64,000 bases of DNA from an uncultured Nitrospiraceae bacterium. Lineage in GTDB: Bacteria; Nitrospirota; Nitrospiria; Nitrospirales; Nitrospiraceae. The stretch lies in contig CAVSTP010000004.1 of NCBI GenBank assembly GCA_963730935.1, positions 128,001 to 192,000 on the forward strand, given 5' to 3'. Numbering within the stretch: position 1 is the stretch's first letter; every line of letters starts with the position of its first letter. Made by a program: the position numbers and the translations under genes. A model generated the notes under the pieces. The model was given only the letters and a program-made list of their open reading frames with translations. It was not told where the DNA came from and made no database searches. Positions 26,374 to 37,086 of the stretch are shown here, one piece after another.

Positions 26374-29049
26374 ATGGTCAAGACAAGTTTTGTGTTGAAG
26401 GGACAAGCCGTAGCCCTCATCGCCACCGCCATCGCGCTGGCTTGGCGGCTTGCCCTGGATCCCTTGCTCGGTGACCACTTACCGTACGTGACCTTTTTTG
26501 TCGCCATCGCGTTCACGACCTGGTATGCCGGTCTGGCCGCCGCTTTGACCGCGACCCTGCTGGGCGGTCTCGCTGCCGTGTGGTTTTTTATCCCGCCGCG
26601 TTTTTCTCTGGCCATCACTGATGTTTCCCAACAGGTGGGTCTTGTGACCTATGGAATGGTCAGCCTGACATTCGTTGCGTTCGGTCAGGTGATGCATCGG
26701 GCGCGGCAACGCGCCGAGAATCTTGCTCAAGGTCTACGTGCGACGGAGGAGCGGCTGACCTTGGCGCAACAAGCTTCACAGATAGGCTCGTTTGATTGGA
26801 ATCTGGAGACAGGGCTCAACACCTGGAGTCCTGAACTGTACGCCATGTACGGCATCCAACCGGATGAATTCGGCCACACCCAGGGGGCGTGGGAGCGCTA
26901 CCTCCACCCGGATGACCGCCGCATGATGATACAAGCCGTCGAGCAATCACGGACAAGTGGGGACGCGGAAGAACGGGAGTTTCGCATCATCAGACCGAAC
27001 GGCGAGATTCGCTGGTTGGTGGGCCGCTGGCGGTGCGTCAAGGGTCTCTCGGGGCAACCCGTACGGCTCACCGGTGTGAATATCGACATCACGGAGCGCA
27101 AGCGTGCGGACGACGTGGTGCGGGAAAGCGAAGCCAGGACGCGGGCAATATTTGAATCGGCGCTCGATGCCTTGATCACGATGGATGCGGAGGGGCGGAT
27201 CCAGGATTGGAATCCCGCCGCCGAACAGATGTTCGGATACAGTCAATCTCAGGCCGCCGGACGGACAATCGCCGAGCTGATCATTCCGCTGCCGTTACGT
27301 GACCGTCACAGAAAGGGATTGCAGCGGTATCTGGAAACCAGCGAGCCGACGGTGCTCGGACGGCGAATCCAAATGCCGGCTTTGAAGGCAGATGGGACCG
27401 AATTCCCGGTCGAGTTTTCAATTGCCGTGACCCGCCGACCAGGGATGCCGCCATTTTTCACCGCCTACGTGCGCGATCTTTCCGACCGGTTGCGCTCCGA
27501 GCGGGATACGGCGCATCTGGCGGCGATCGTCAAATGCTCCGATGACGCCATCATCAGCAAAGACCTGACCGGCATCGTGATGACCTGGAACCAGGCGGCG
27601 GAACGGCTCTTCGGCTATCGGGCCGACGAGATGGTCGGCCAGCCGGTGAAGACGTTGATCCCACCGGATCGTCATGACGAAGAACGCCGTATCCTCGAGA
27701 AGGTGTCTCGCGGCGAGATCGTCGAGACGTATGAAACGATCAGACGCCGTAAGGACGGCACCGACTTCCACGTCTCGCTTACTGTTTCTCCCTTGTTCGA
27801 CGCACAAGGCCGAGTGATCGGAGCTTCGAAGATCGCCCGGGACATCACGGAGCGGGTTCAGCAACAGCACGTCTTGGCTCAGAGCCGTGAACGGCTCCGT
27901 CAAGCCTTGCAATACCAGGAGGCGATCTTTAGCAACATCGGCGAAGGACTCTATACGGTGAATCGGCAGGGTCTCGTTGTCTCCATGAATCGCGCGGCTG
28001 AGCGACTGTTGGGGTGGACGAAAGACGAGCTGGTCGGAGGCAAAATGCACGACCTCACCCATTACAAGCATCCGGATGGCAGGCCATTTCCAGCCAAAGA
28101 CTGCGGCGGATTGCAGGTGCTCCTAACCGGTGTCTCTCTGGTGAACCAGGAAGACGTGTTCATCCGGAAGGATGGCAGCTTTTTCCACGTGGTCTATAGC
28201 GCCTCCCCCATTCGGTCGGGAGACGAAATCACCGGATTGGTCGTCGTGTTCCGCGACGTCACCGAGCACAAGCGCGCAGAGGATGCTCTCAGAGACCGCG
28301 ACCGGGCTTTGACCGCGGCGAACGACGAGTTAGTTCACCAAAAAGCCGGCCTGGCGGAAGCCAACAAGGAGCTGCAAAGTTTTTCCTATTCGGTCTCGCA
28401 CGATTTGCGAGCGCCTCTGCGCACCATCGACGCCTATGTGCGCATCGTCGAAGAAGACCATGGCCCGCGCTTGAACGACGAAGTGCGTCGCTGTCTGGGT
28501 ATCGTCAAAAAGGCCGCCGGCCAAGCGGGTGAGTTGATCGACGATCTCTTGGAATTCTCCCGCTTGGGCCGCGTCGGGATGGATTTGCGCCCGACCAACA
28601 TGACGGATCTTGCTCGGGAGGCGGCGGAGGAATACAACTTGACGCAGTACCGACCGGCCGTCGATCTGACCATCCGCGATCTCCCGATGTGCAATGGCGA
28701 TTGGCGCCTGCTCAAGCTCGTGTGGGTGAATCTCCTGTCGAATGCTTTCAAGTTCACACGCGATCGCGCGCTGGCCCACATCGAGGTCGGCTGGCTGCCG
28801 GACGACCGGAAGCCGAATGCTTGTGTCTACTATGTCAAAGACAACGGTGTGGGGTTCGACATGAAGTATGTGCATAAACTCTTCGGCGTATTTCAGCGCC
28901 TGCACCTGAAAGATGAGTTCGAAGGTACGGGTGTCGGCCTCGCCATTGTGCAGCGCATTGTGCAACGGCACGGCGGACGGGTCTGGGCGGAAGGCAAGCT
29001 CGACGGCGGGGCCACATTCTTTTTCTCCCTACGAAAGGCCATGGAATGA
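26374..29049 (+). CDS. Membrane sensor kinase: DUF4118-like TM domain, 4 PAS, phytochrome-type HisKA-HATPase core
   Basis: PYVTFFVAIAFTTWYAG TM region; four PAS/PAC; SFSYSVSHDLRAPLR; LFGVFQRLH..EFEGTGVGLA. Confidence 0.92.
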   Translation: MVKTSFVLKGQAVALIATAIALAWRLALDPLLGDHLPYVTFFVAIAFTTWYAGLAAALTATLLGGLAAVWFFIPPRFSLAITDVSQQVGLVTYGMVSLTFVAFGQVMHRARQRAENLAQGLRATEERLTLAQQASQIGSFDWNLETGLNTWSPELYAMYGIQPDEFGHTQGAWERYLHPDDRRMMIQAVEQSRTSGDAEEREFRIIRPNGEIRWLVGRWRCVKGLSGQPVRLTGVNIDITERKRADDVVRESEARTRAIFESALDALITMDAEGRIQDWNPAAEQMFGYSQSQAAGRTIAELIIPLPLRDRHRKGLQRYLETSEPTVLGRRIQMPALKADGTEFPVEFSIAVTRRPGMPPFFTAYVRDLSDRLRSERDTAHLAAIVKCSDDAIISKDLTGIVMTWNQAAERLFGYRADEMVGQPVKTLIPPDRHDEERRILEKVSRGEIVETYETIRRRKDGTDFHVSLTVSPLFDAQGRVIGASKIARDITERVQQQHVLAQSRERLRQALQYQEAIFSNIGEGLYTVNRQGLVVSMNRAAERLLGWTKDELVGGKMHDLTHYKHPDGRPFPAKDCGGLQVLLTGVSLVNQEDVFIRKDGSFFHVVYSASPIRSGDEITGLVVVFRDVTEHKRAEDALRDRDRALTAANDELVHQKAGLAEANKELQSFSYSVSHDLRAPLRTIDAYVRIVEEDHGPRLNDEVRRCLGIVKKAAGQAGELIDDLLEFSRLGRVGMDLRPTNMTDLAREAAEEYNLTQYRPAVDLTIRDLPMCNGDWRLLKLVWVNLLSNAFKFTRDRALAHIEVGWLPDDRKPNACVYYVKDNGVGFDMKYVHKLFGVFQRLHLKDEFEGTGVGLAIVQRIVQRHGGRVWAEGKLDGGATFFFSLRKAME

Positions 29050-29504
29050 CACAGGGAATGGACATTTTGTTGATTGAAGACAATCCCGAGGACGTCGAGA
29101 TCACGTTGCGGGCCTTTCAGAAGCATCACATTGCGAACAAAATTCATGTGGTGAGAGACGGGGAAGAGGCATTGGAATGCCTGTTTTCCACCGGGCGGTA
29201 TGCGGAAGGAAGTCCCTGCCAGAATACCCGGCTCATCCTTCTCGATCTCAAGCTCCCGAAGGTCGACGGGCTGGAAATCCTACAGAAGTGCAAGAGCGAC
29301 CCACGCACCAGGCACATCCCCGTCGTCGTCCTGACCTCCTCACGTGAAGAGGAGGATCTGGCCAAAAGCTATAATTACGGCGTGAACAGCTACGTCGTCA
29401 AACCGGTCGATTTTCCGCAGTTCAGTGATGCGGTTCGGCAAGTAGGTCTCTATTGGATGCTGCTCAATCACGTGCCTGCGGAACTGTCGATGGATTCCGT
29501 ATAG
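29046..29504 (+). CDS. Single-domain response regulator (Rcp1-like)
   Basis: ILLIEDNPED, LILLDLKLPKVDGLE, VVLTSSREEED, NSYVVKP. Confidence 0.93.
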   Translation: MTQGMDILLIEDNPEDVEITLRAFQKHHIANKIHVVRDGEEALECLFSTGRYAEGSPCQNTRLILLDLKLPKVDGLEILQKCKSDPRTRHIPVVVLTSSREEEDLAKSYNYGVNSYVVKPVDFPQFSDAVRQVGLYWMLLNHVPAELSMDSV

Positions 29505-29538
29505 TCATCATCACTTGTAAGGGGAAGGAGTCGGGGCT

Positions 29539-31311
29539 ATGGCAACGTTGCGCCTCTTGATCGTCGAGGATGATGCGACCGATGCTGAACTGGTCATCCG
29601 TGAACTGAGAAAAGGCGGGTTCGATCCGCACTATCGCCGGGTCGATACCCGCGAAGCATTTCTGACGGGACTGTCCGAGGAGCAGTTGGATGTGATCATC
29701 TATGACCACAACCTGCCGCACTTCAGTTCATCAGAAGCACTGCAGCTCACGCGACAGAGTGACCTAAGCATCCCGTTCATCATCGTCTCCCACGCCATCG
29801 GCGATGAAGAGGCGGTGGCGCTCATGCGTGCCGGTGCCGCCGATTATCTGCTGAAAGACCGGCTGGGACGACTGGGAGAGTCGGTCCGTCATGCCTTGGA
29901 GCAGCGGCGACTGCGCGAAGAGCATACGGCCGCCCGCAACGCCATCGTGTCGCTCAACGCGGAGCTGGAGCTTCGCATCGCATCGAGAACGGCTCAGCTC
30001 AAGGTCGCCAACCATGCGTTGGAGATGGAGTTGGGCCAACGCAAACGCGCCGAGGAGGCACTGCGCCGGTTGAACGCCGACCTGGAACAGCGCATCACGG
30101 ACCGCACGAGGGATCTCGTGGCCTCAAATCACCGCCTCCAAGCCCTTGCAAGCGAATTGACCCTGGCGGAGCAGCGCGAGCGGAAACGGCTGGCCTCGGA
30201 ACTCCACGATTATCTCGCGCAAATCCTGGCCCTGGGACGTATCAAGATGAGCCAGCTCCGCCAGAAGGTGTCGGTGGAATCGCCGGGGGTGCAGCAGCTG
30301 GTGGCGGAAATCGACAGCCTCCTCGAGAAGGCCGGTGAGTACACCCGGTCGCTAATGGCCAAACTCAACCCGCCCGTCCTGGACGAGCTGGGATTGCCGT
30401 CGGCCCTCACCTGGCTGGCCAAACAGATGCCGCTCCACGGGCTGCTGGTAGAGGTCCGTCTCGGCCAGGAGCAGGTACCGCTGCCGGACGATAAGTCGGT
30501 TCTTCTGTTTCAATCTGTGCGAGAACTATTGATCAACGTCGCAAAACATGCCGGCACCGATCGCGCCATCGTGACATTGAGGGTGGACCCCAACCAACAA
30601 CTTTCCATCGAGGTCCAGGATCAAGGGCGCGGGTTCGATCCAGTTGCCCTGGAAGCCAAGTCGGAAAACGGCCGCTTCGGACTTTTCAGCGTGAGAGAGC
30701 GCATGCAGGCGATGGGCGGCCGGCTCGACGTCACAAGCCGGCCCGGCGAAGGCACGACGATCACGATGATTTTGCCGCTCACGACGTCCAAACCGGCCGA
30801 GGCGGAAACAACGGCCGGCACGTTTGCCGATACTGCTGCGCGCCAGGCGCCGTCCGAGCAATCCATCTTTCAAATTCCGCATGCGCCGTTTCACCCGCCA
30901 CCGGGCAATACGATCCGACTGCTGCTCGTCGATGACCACACGATGGTTCGCCAGGGGCTCCGGAGCCTTTTGGAGTCGTACGAGGATGTGATGATCGTCG
31001 GCGAGGGCTCGAACGGCGATGAGGCAATCGAATTGGTGGAGCAACTGCGCCCCGCGCTGGTCGTGATGGATCTCAACATGCCGAAGAAGAACGGCATTGA
31101 AGCAACGGCGCGCATCAAAGCCCGATGGCCCGAGACCGTGGTCATCGGCCTGTCCGTCCAGGCCGGCGAGGAGGCCCGCCGGGCGATCATCAATGCCGGT
31201 GGAGCTGTTCTGCTCACGAAGGAGGCCGCCGTCGATGAGCTGTATCGAACCATACGGGAAGTCCTCGACGGTCAGATGACGAACGGCAAGGGCGTGGCAG
31301 AGGTCCATTAA
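29539..31311 (+). CDS. REC-coiled coil-HisKA_3-HATPase-REC hybrid kinase
   Basis: LLIVEDD receiver; EQRERKRLASELHDYLAQ; FGLFSVRER; C-terminal LLLVDDH receiver. Confidence 0.92.
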   Translation: MATLRLLIVEDDATDAELVIRELRKGGFDPHYRRVDTREAFLTGLSEEQLDVIIYDHNLPHFSSSEALQLTRQSDLSIPFIIVSHAIGDEEAVALMRAGAADYLLKDRLGRLGESVRHALEQRRLREEHTAARNAIVSLNAELELRIASRTAQLKVANHALEMELGQRKRAEEALRRLNADLEQRITDRTRDLVASNHRLQALASELTLAEQRERKRLASELHDYLAQILALGRIKMSQLRQKVSVESPGVQQLVAEIDSLLEKAGEYTRSLMAKLNPPVLDELGLPSALTWLAKQMPLHGLLVEVRLGQEQVPLPDDKSVLLFQSVRELLINVAKHAGTDRAIVTLRVDPNQQLSIEVQDQGRGFDPVALEAKSENGRFGLFSVRERMQAMGGRLDVTSRPGEGTTITMILPLTTSKPAEAETTAGTFADTAARQAPSEQSIFQIPHAPFHPPPGNTIRLLLVDDHTMVRQGLRSLLESYEDVMIVGEGSNGDEAIELVEQLRPALVVMDLNMPKKNGIEATARIKARWPETVVIGLSVQAGEEARRAIINAGGAVLLTKEAAVDELYRTIREVLDGQMTNGKGVAEVH

Positions 31312-31314
31312 GAC

Positions 31315-34300
31315 ATGACGCGGAACGTCGTGAAGGACACGAAGGAGCCGACGAACGATTTCCTGAGCGGCGGGGGGGAAGTGACCCGCCTAGTACGGAC
31401 GTTTGATTGGGCGAAGAGCGATCTCGGGCCGGCGGAGGGCTGGCCTCAGAGCCTCAAAACCGCCGTCCGGATCATGCTCGATTCGCGCTACGCGATGTGG
31501 CTTGGCTGGGGACCAAACCTCACGTTCTTGTACAACGACGCGTACGCCAAAATGACACTTGGGCCGAAGCATCCCTGGGCCTTGGGCCGGTCCGCTCGCG
31601 AAGTCTGGAGCGAAATCTGGAGCGACATCGGTCCACGGGCTGAAGCGGTCCTAAGCACGGGCCAAGCGACCTGGGATGAAGGATTGCTCTTGTTTCTGGA
31701 GCGAATGGGATTTCCCGAGGAGACCTACCACACCTTTTCCTATAGTCCTGTGCCCGATGATCAGGGCGCCATCGGGGGTATGCTCTGCGTCGTTACGGAG
31801 GACACCGGGCGGACGATCGGCGAACGCCGGTTGCGGACGCTACGGGAACTCTCGGCCCAGACGAACGAAGAAACGAAATCGGTCGAGGACACGTGCCGTA
31901 TCACCGCTCGGATTCTCGGTGCCAATCCCCATGACGTGCCGTTCGCACTGTTGTACTTGCTGGATGCCCCAGACCGGCAGGCTCACCTGGCGGCAATCGC
32001 CGGCATCGAGCGGGAGACCCCGGCCAGTCCTAGCAGCGTGGAATTGGGCACCGCACAAGACCCGTGGTCGTTTGACGTGGTTCGGCACACCGGGGCGGCG
32101 TTGGAGCGTTCCGATCTGTCTCACACGGTCGGAGTTGTTCGAGCCGGCGCATGGCCGGAGCCGGTCAAGCAGGCCGTGGTCTTGCCGGTCGCCAAACCAG
32201 GACAGGCGCGGCCTACGGGTTTTCTTGTCGTCGGAGTCAGCCCGCGTCGTCCATTCGACGAAGCCTATCGAGGCTTCCTCGACATGCTTGCCGTGCAAGT
32301 CGCCAGTGCGATCGGCAACGCCAGGGCGTATGAAGAGGAACGCAAGCGCGCCGAAGCGCTTGCCGAACTGGATCGCGCGAAGACCACATTTTTTTCGAAC
32401 GTCAGTCACGAATTCCGCACGCCGCTCACGCTGATGCTCGATCCTCTCGTGGAGGCGTTGCACGATCCCGTGTCGGACACCGACCCTGCGCACAAGGAAC
32501 GGCTCGAGTTTGCCTACCGAAACAGCCGGCGCCTGCTCAAATTGGTCAACTCGCTGCTGGATTTTTCTCGCATTGAGGGCGGACGGATGGAGGCCAGCTA
32601 CGAGCCGACCGATGTCGCGGCGGTCACCGCGGAGTTGGCCGGCGTATTCCGGTCGGCCATGGAGCAGGCTGGGTTGAGCTTGCATGTCGATTGTCCGCCG
32701 CTCTCGGAGCCGGTCTATGTGGACCGCGACATGTGGGAAAAGATTGTGCTCAATCTGCTGAGCAACGCGTTTAAATTTACCTTCGAGGGCGGTGTCTCGG
32801 TCAGCGTGCACGAAGAGATGCATCCCGCTCACTGCATGGTCTTGCACGTGCGGGACACCGGAACGGGCATTCCGAATGATCAGCTCTCTCGGATTTTTGA
32901 ACGATTCCATCGCGTGCAAGGCGCCCGCGGCCGGACGATTGAGGGCACGGGCATCGGGCTGGCCCTCGTGAAGCAGTTGGTCCAACTGCACGGAGGTACG
33001 ATCGACGCCGCCAGCGAACTGAATCGAGGCTCGGCGTTCAGCGTCAAATTCCCATTCGGAACTTCGCATCTTCCGCAGGATCATTTGCGCGGACCACGCC
33101 TCTTGACGTCGACCGCCAGTCGTGCAGATGTCTTTGTCGAGGAAGCACTTCGCTGGCTGCCATCTTCCGACGCCAATGACGAGCGCGGCTTCGAGCCGGG
33201 AGCGGATAGCATCGCGCCCGTTCCACATGCCGCATTGCCCATTTCACAAGCCCGCCCACGCGTGCTCGTTGTGGACGACAATGCGGACATGCGAGGGTAC
33301 CTGGGCCGTCTCCTAAGCCAGCACTATGAGGTGGAAACGGTTACTAACGGCCGAGTCGCGCTTGCTCGTGTGGAGAGCCAGCCACCGGATCTCGTACTGA
33401 CCGACGTCATGATGCCCGAGATAGACGGATTCGGCCTGCTGTGCGAGCTCCGACGGCGCCCGGAGACGAAGACGCTGCCGGTCATTCTTCTGTCGGCTCG
33501 TGCGGGGGAGGAATCGCGGATCGAAGGGCTCGAGCGGGGCGCAGACGACTATCTCATCAAGCCGTTCAGCGCTAAAGAATTGCTGGCCCGAGTGGCCGCC
33601 CATCTCGAGATCGCCCGCGTGCGGCGTGAAGCCGAACGGGCCTTGCGTCATCAGAACGAGCAGTTTGAAACCCTGTTGAAACAAGCGCCACTCGGCGTCT
33701 ACCTCGTCGACGCGGATCTCCGCATCGCGCAGGTCAATCCCGTCGCGCTGCCCGTGTTCGGCGATATTTCCAATCTGATCGGCCGGGACTTTGACGAAGT
33801 CGTGCATGTGCTCTGGGAGAAGCCCTACGCGGACGAAATCATGACACTCTTCCGGCATACGTTTGAAACCGGGGAACCCTATGTGGCTCCCGAACGGATC
33901 GAGCGAAGGTCCGACCGAGACGTCATCGAGTCCTACGAATGGCGGATCGATCGGATTCTCTTGGCCGACGGTCGCTTCGGCGTCGTCTGCTATTTCCGCG
34001 ATGTGTCAGTCCAGGTGCTGGCCCGTGAGGCCTTGCGGAGAAGCGAGGAGCGTCTCCGTGAGTTTGCCTCGCAGCTGGAGCAACTCGTCGGCGAGCGCAC
34101 CCAGGAACTCGTGCAGTCACAGGCCCGGCTCCGAGCCCTCGCGACCGAACTGAACCTGGCCGAGCAGCGTGAGCGCAAACGGCTGGCCGCCGAGCTTCAC
34201 GACCATCTTCAGCAGATGCTGGTGTTGGGCAAGCTCAAATTGGGACAAGGGATGCGGCTGCCGCACGCGCCACCCCGTGCCATTGAAATCATGAAGCAAA

Positions 34301-35316
34301 CGGATGACGTGTTGGCCGAGGCGCTTGATTACACTCGAACGATGGTGGCCGAATTGAGCCCGCCCGTACTGCATGAGCATGGGTTGGGTGCAGGCCTCCT
34401 GTGGCTGGCCAATCAGATGAAACGACATGACCTGACGGTGACGGTACGGGTTCCTGAGACCGAGATCTCGCTGCCAGAGGAACAGGCGGTCTTGCTGTTC
34501 CAATCGGTCCGAGAGCTCTTGATCAATGTGGCCAAACATGCGCACTCGCATGAAGCGACCGTCGTCCTCGAACGGGCCGAGGGCAGTCTGCGTATTGAGG
34601 TGAAGGACAACGGGGCGGGCTTTGACGTGGCCAGCAAGGCTCTGGAGCTGGCCGACGGTCCGCAGGGAGCGGTGTCCTCAAAGTTCGGGTTGTTCAGTAT
34701 CCGGGAACGCATGAAAGCGCTCGGCGGCACCTTCGACATCCGTTCTTCTCAGGGACAGGGCACCACGGCGACGTTGTCGTTGCCGGTTGGGACGGACACC
34801 TTCGCCGCATGTGACACGATGAATGGAACATCAGCCATCAGGGGAGAGGGTGCCGTGGCAGTGAAGCGAGCGTCCGGTCAGGGCTCATCTGAAGCCTCAG
34901 AGGCCTCCCTTGAGCACAAACCTCCGAAGGTGCGTGTGCTGTTGGTGGACGATCACGCCATGGTTCGCGAAGGATTGCGCAGCGTCCTTGATTCTTACGA
35001 TGACGTGGAGATTGTGGGCGAGGCCTCAAACGGCCAGGACGCGGTAGCGCTGGTCGAGCAGCTGCGCCCCGCGCTCGTCGTCATGGATATCAACATGCCG
35101 GGCATGAACGGCATCGAGGCGACGGCCCATATTACGAGAACATATCCTGAGATCCAGGTGATTGGGTTGTCCGTCAATGCGACAGGGAACAATGTCCAGG
35201 CCATGCTGAAGGCTGGCGCCGTCCTTCTTCTCACCAAAGAGGCCGCGGTGAACGAGTTATATCGCACGATGCGGGAAGTGCTGGAGCATGTCGGAAGCGG
35301 GTCGGCTTCCCAGTGA
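31315..35316 (+). CDS. Dual-core hybrid kinase: PAS-GAF-HisKA-HATPase-REC-PAS-HisKA_3-HATPase-REC
   Basis: FSNVSHEFRTP and GTGIGLA (first core); VLVVDDNADMR receiver; EQRERKRLAAELHDHLQQ and FGLFSIRER (second core); terminal receiver. Confidence 0.9.
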   Translation: MTRNVVKDTKEPTNDFLSGGGEVTRLVRTFDWAKSDLGPAEGWPQSLKTAVRIMLDSRYAMWLGWGPNLTFLYNDAYAKMTLGPKHPWALGRSAREVWSEIWSDIGPRAEAVLSTGQATWDEGLLLFLERMGFPEETYHTFSYSPVPDDQGAIGGMLCVVTEDTGRTIGERRLRTLRELSAQTNEETKSVEDTCRITARILGANPHDVPFALLYLLDAPDRQAHLAAIAGIERETPASPSSVELGTAQDPWSFDVVRHTGAALERSDLSHTVGVVRAGAWPEPVKQAVVLPVAKPGQARPTGFLVVGVSPRRPFDEAYRGFLDMLAVQVASAIGNARAYEEERKRAEALAELDRAKTTFFSNVSHEFRTPLTLMLDPLVEALHDPVSDTDPAHKERLEFAYRNSRRLLKLVNSLLDFSRIEGGRMEASYEPTDVAAVTAELAGVFRSAMEQAGLSLHVDCPPLSEPVYVDRDMWEKIVLNLLSNAFKFTFEGGVSVSVHEEMHPAHCMVLHVRDTGTGIPNDQLSRIFERFHRVQGARGRTIEGTGIGLALVKQLVQLHGGTIDAASELNRGSAFSVKFPFGTSHLPQDHLRGPRLLTSTASRADVFVEEALRWLPSSDANDERGFEPGADSIAPVPHAALPISQARPRVLVVDDNADMRGYLGRLLSQHYEVETVTNGRVALARVESQPPDLVLTDVMMPEIDGFGLLCELRRRPETKTLPVILLSARAGEESRIEGLERGADDYLIKPFSAKELLARVAAHLEIARVRREAERALRHQNEQFETLLKQAPLGVYLVDADLRIAQVNPVALPVFGDISNLIGRDFDEVVHVLWEKPYADEIMTLFRHTFETGEPYVAPERIERRSDRDVIESYEWRIDRILLADGRFGVVCYFRDVSVQVLAREALRRSEERLREFASQLEQLVGERTQELVQSQARLRALATELNLAEQRERKRLAAELHDHLQQMLVLGKLKLGQGMRLPHAPPRAIEIMKQTDDVLAEALDYTRTMVAELSPPVLHEHGLGAGLLWLANQMKRHDLTVTVRVPETEISLPEEQAVLLFQSVRELLINVAKHAHSHEATVVLERAEGSLRIEVKDNGAGFDVASKALELADGPQGAVSSKFGLFSIRERMKALGGTFDIRSSQGQGTTATLSLPVGTDTFAACDTMNGTSAIRGEGAVAVKRASGQGSSEASEASLEHKPPKVRVLLVDDHAMVREGLRSVLDSYDDVEIVGEASNGQDAVALVEQLRPALVVMDINMPGMNGIEATAHITRTYPEIQVIGLSVNATGNNVQAMLKAGAVLLLTKEAAVNELYRTMREVLEHVGSGSASQ

Positions 35317-35421
35317 TCCCTTCGGCAATTGGTGGTGGGCGGCGGGGAATCACAGGCTGACGACGGCCAGTGCGCCAGTAGGATTGTGCAGCGAATTATC
35401 ATTAAGAAGGGGAGGACTTCC

Positions 35422-36279
35422 ATGGGGCAGAACACGCAGATGGCCGAAGAAATTCAAAAACGCCAGGATGCCATTTTAAAAGATTGGATGGGGTATCAAA
35501 TGTCCTCGCTGACGTTGAGACGGGATCTGGTGAAGGAATCAGCGCTGCGGGAGTCCTCGCGGCAGTTTTTGGAACTGTTTGGAGAGGCGCTTGCCACGAG
35601 CGACGACGTCTCGTCGCCCCACTGGAAGCCGGTGAAAGACAATCTTGCGGAGGTCTCCAAGACCCGCGCGGTCCTGGGATTTAGCCCCTCCGAGACGGCG
35701 ACATTTGTGTTTTCGCTCAAGCAGCCGTTGTTCGATCTGGCGCAGCAACGGTTAGGTCAGGACGCCAAGCGCTTGGCCGAATTCCTTTGGAACCTCACCA
35801 TCATCCTGGACAAGCTGGGTCTCTACACGACGGAGGTCTATCAGGAGAGCCGGGAAGGGGTAATTAGCCGGCAGCAGCAGGAACTGATGGAATTGTCCAC
35901 GCCCGTTGTCCAACTGTGGGACGAGGTCCTGGCGCTGCCGCTCATCGGCACACTCGACAGCGCGAGGACGCAGGTCGTCATGGAGAATTTACTGCAGCGG
36001 GTGGTGGAGACCGGCGCCCGGATCGCGATCATCGACATTACCGGAGTGCCGACGGTCGATACGCTGGTGGCACAACATCTCATGAAGACCGTCGCGGCGA
36101 CGCGTCTCATGGGGGCGGACTGCATCATCAGCGGCATCCGTCCGCAGATCGCCCAAACGATCGTCCATCTGGGCGTCAACCTGAACGACATCGTGACCAA
36201 GGCCACGCTGGCGGACGCCTTTCAGGTCGCGTTAACGCGGCTGGGTTCGATGGTTTCGAAGGCGGGGCCGACGGCATAG
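35422..36279 (+). CDS. rsbR: Stressosome RsbR-like protein (RsbRD_N-like domain plus STAS)
   Basis: ELSTPVVQLW, LPLIGTLDSAR, IDITGVPTVDTLVA, ISGIRPQIAQT; ATG 35422 follows GGAGG. Confidence 0.9.
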   Translation: MGQNTQMAEEIQKRQDAILKDWMGYQMSSLTLRRDLVKESALRESSRQFLELFGEALATSDDVSSPHWKPVKDNLAEVSKTRAVLGFSPSETATFVFSLKQPLFDLAQQRLGQDAKRLAEFLWNLTIILDKLGLYTTEVYQESREGVISRQQQELMELSTPVVQLWDEVLALPLIGTLDSARTQVVMENLLQRVVETGARIAIIDITGVPTVDTLVAQHLMKTVAATRLMGADCIISGIRPQIAQTIVHLGVNLNDIVTKATLADAFQVALTRLGSMVSKAGPTA

Positions 36280-36317
36280 GTTCGATAGGCCACACGCTCA
36301 TACAAACGGAGAAACGG

Positions 36318-36701
36318 ATGGAACGCATTCCCATACTCAAGATGGGCCCCTATCTGCTGGTGACGATCCAGGTCGATATGCATGACCGCATCGCGATGAA
36401 CCTGCAGGATGAGTTGACCCAGCGCATCGTCACCGAGCGGGCGCGAGGGGTGCTCCTGGACATTTCCTCCGTAGATGTCGTCGATTCGTTCATCGGCCGC
36501 ATGATCGGCAACATAGCCTCCATGTCGCGGGTGCTGGATGCCGAGACAGTCGTGGTGGGCATGCGCCCGGCTGTGGCCATTACGCTGGTGGAGCTGGGGT
36601 TGGCGTTGCCGAGCATCAGGACCGCCCTCAACGTGGACGCCGGAATGACGCTGCTCAAGTCGGCCAGAAAGATGTCGGGCAATGGCCGTCCTGCGCGATG
36701 A
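36318..36701 (+). CDS. rsbS: Stressosome RsbS-like STAS protein
   Basis: MERIPILK, DISSVDVVDSFIGR (phospho-Ser), VGMRPAVAITLVELG. Confidence 0.92.
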   Translation: MERIPILKMGPYLLVTIQVDMHDRIAMNLQDELTQRIVTERARGVLLDISSVDVVDSFIGRMIGNIASMSRVLDAETVVVGMRPAVAITLVELGLALPSIRTALNVDAGMTLLKSARKMSGNGRPAR

Positions 36702-37086
36702 GCTGATCGGCCTGCGGTCGACGGACGATATCATCAAGGCCCGCCAGCACGTGCGGGACTGCGCCATCTTCCTCGGCCTGTCGCTGGTCGATCAAACCAA
36801 GATCGTCACTGCCGCCAGCGAGCTGGCGCGAAACACGCTGATTCACGGAGGAGGCGGCGAGATGCACCTGCAAGCGCTGAACGACGGCCCGCGTCGCGGC
36901 GTGAAAGTCATTTTTGTCGATAGCGGTCCGGGCATTCCCGATATCGAGCTGGCGATGAAGGACGGCTATACGACGCGCGGCGGACTGGGATTGGGCCTGA
37001 GCGGGTCCAAACGGCTTGTGAACGAGTTTGCCATCGAAAGCCAACCTGGAAAAGGCACGACGGTCAGCATCGTGAGGTGGAAATGA
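36682..37086 (+). CDS. rsbT: RsbT-like Ser/Thr switch kinase
   Basis: TAASELARN, DSGPGIPDIELAMKDGYTT..GLGLGLSGSKRLVNEF. Confidence 0.92.
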   Translation: MAVLRDELIGLRSTDDIIKARQHVRDCAIFLGLSLVDQTKIVTAASELARNTLIHGGGGEMHLQALNDGPRRGVKVIFVDSGPGIPDIELAMKDGYTTRGGLGLGLSGSKRLVNEFAIESQPGKGTTVSIVRWK

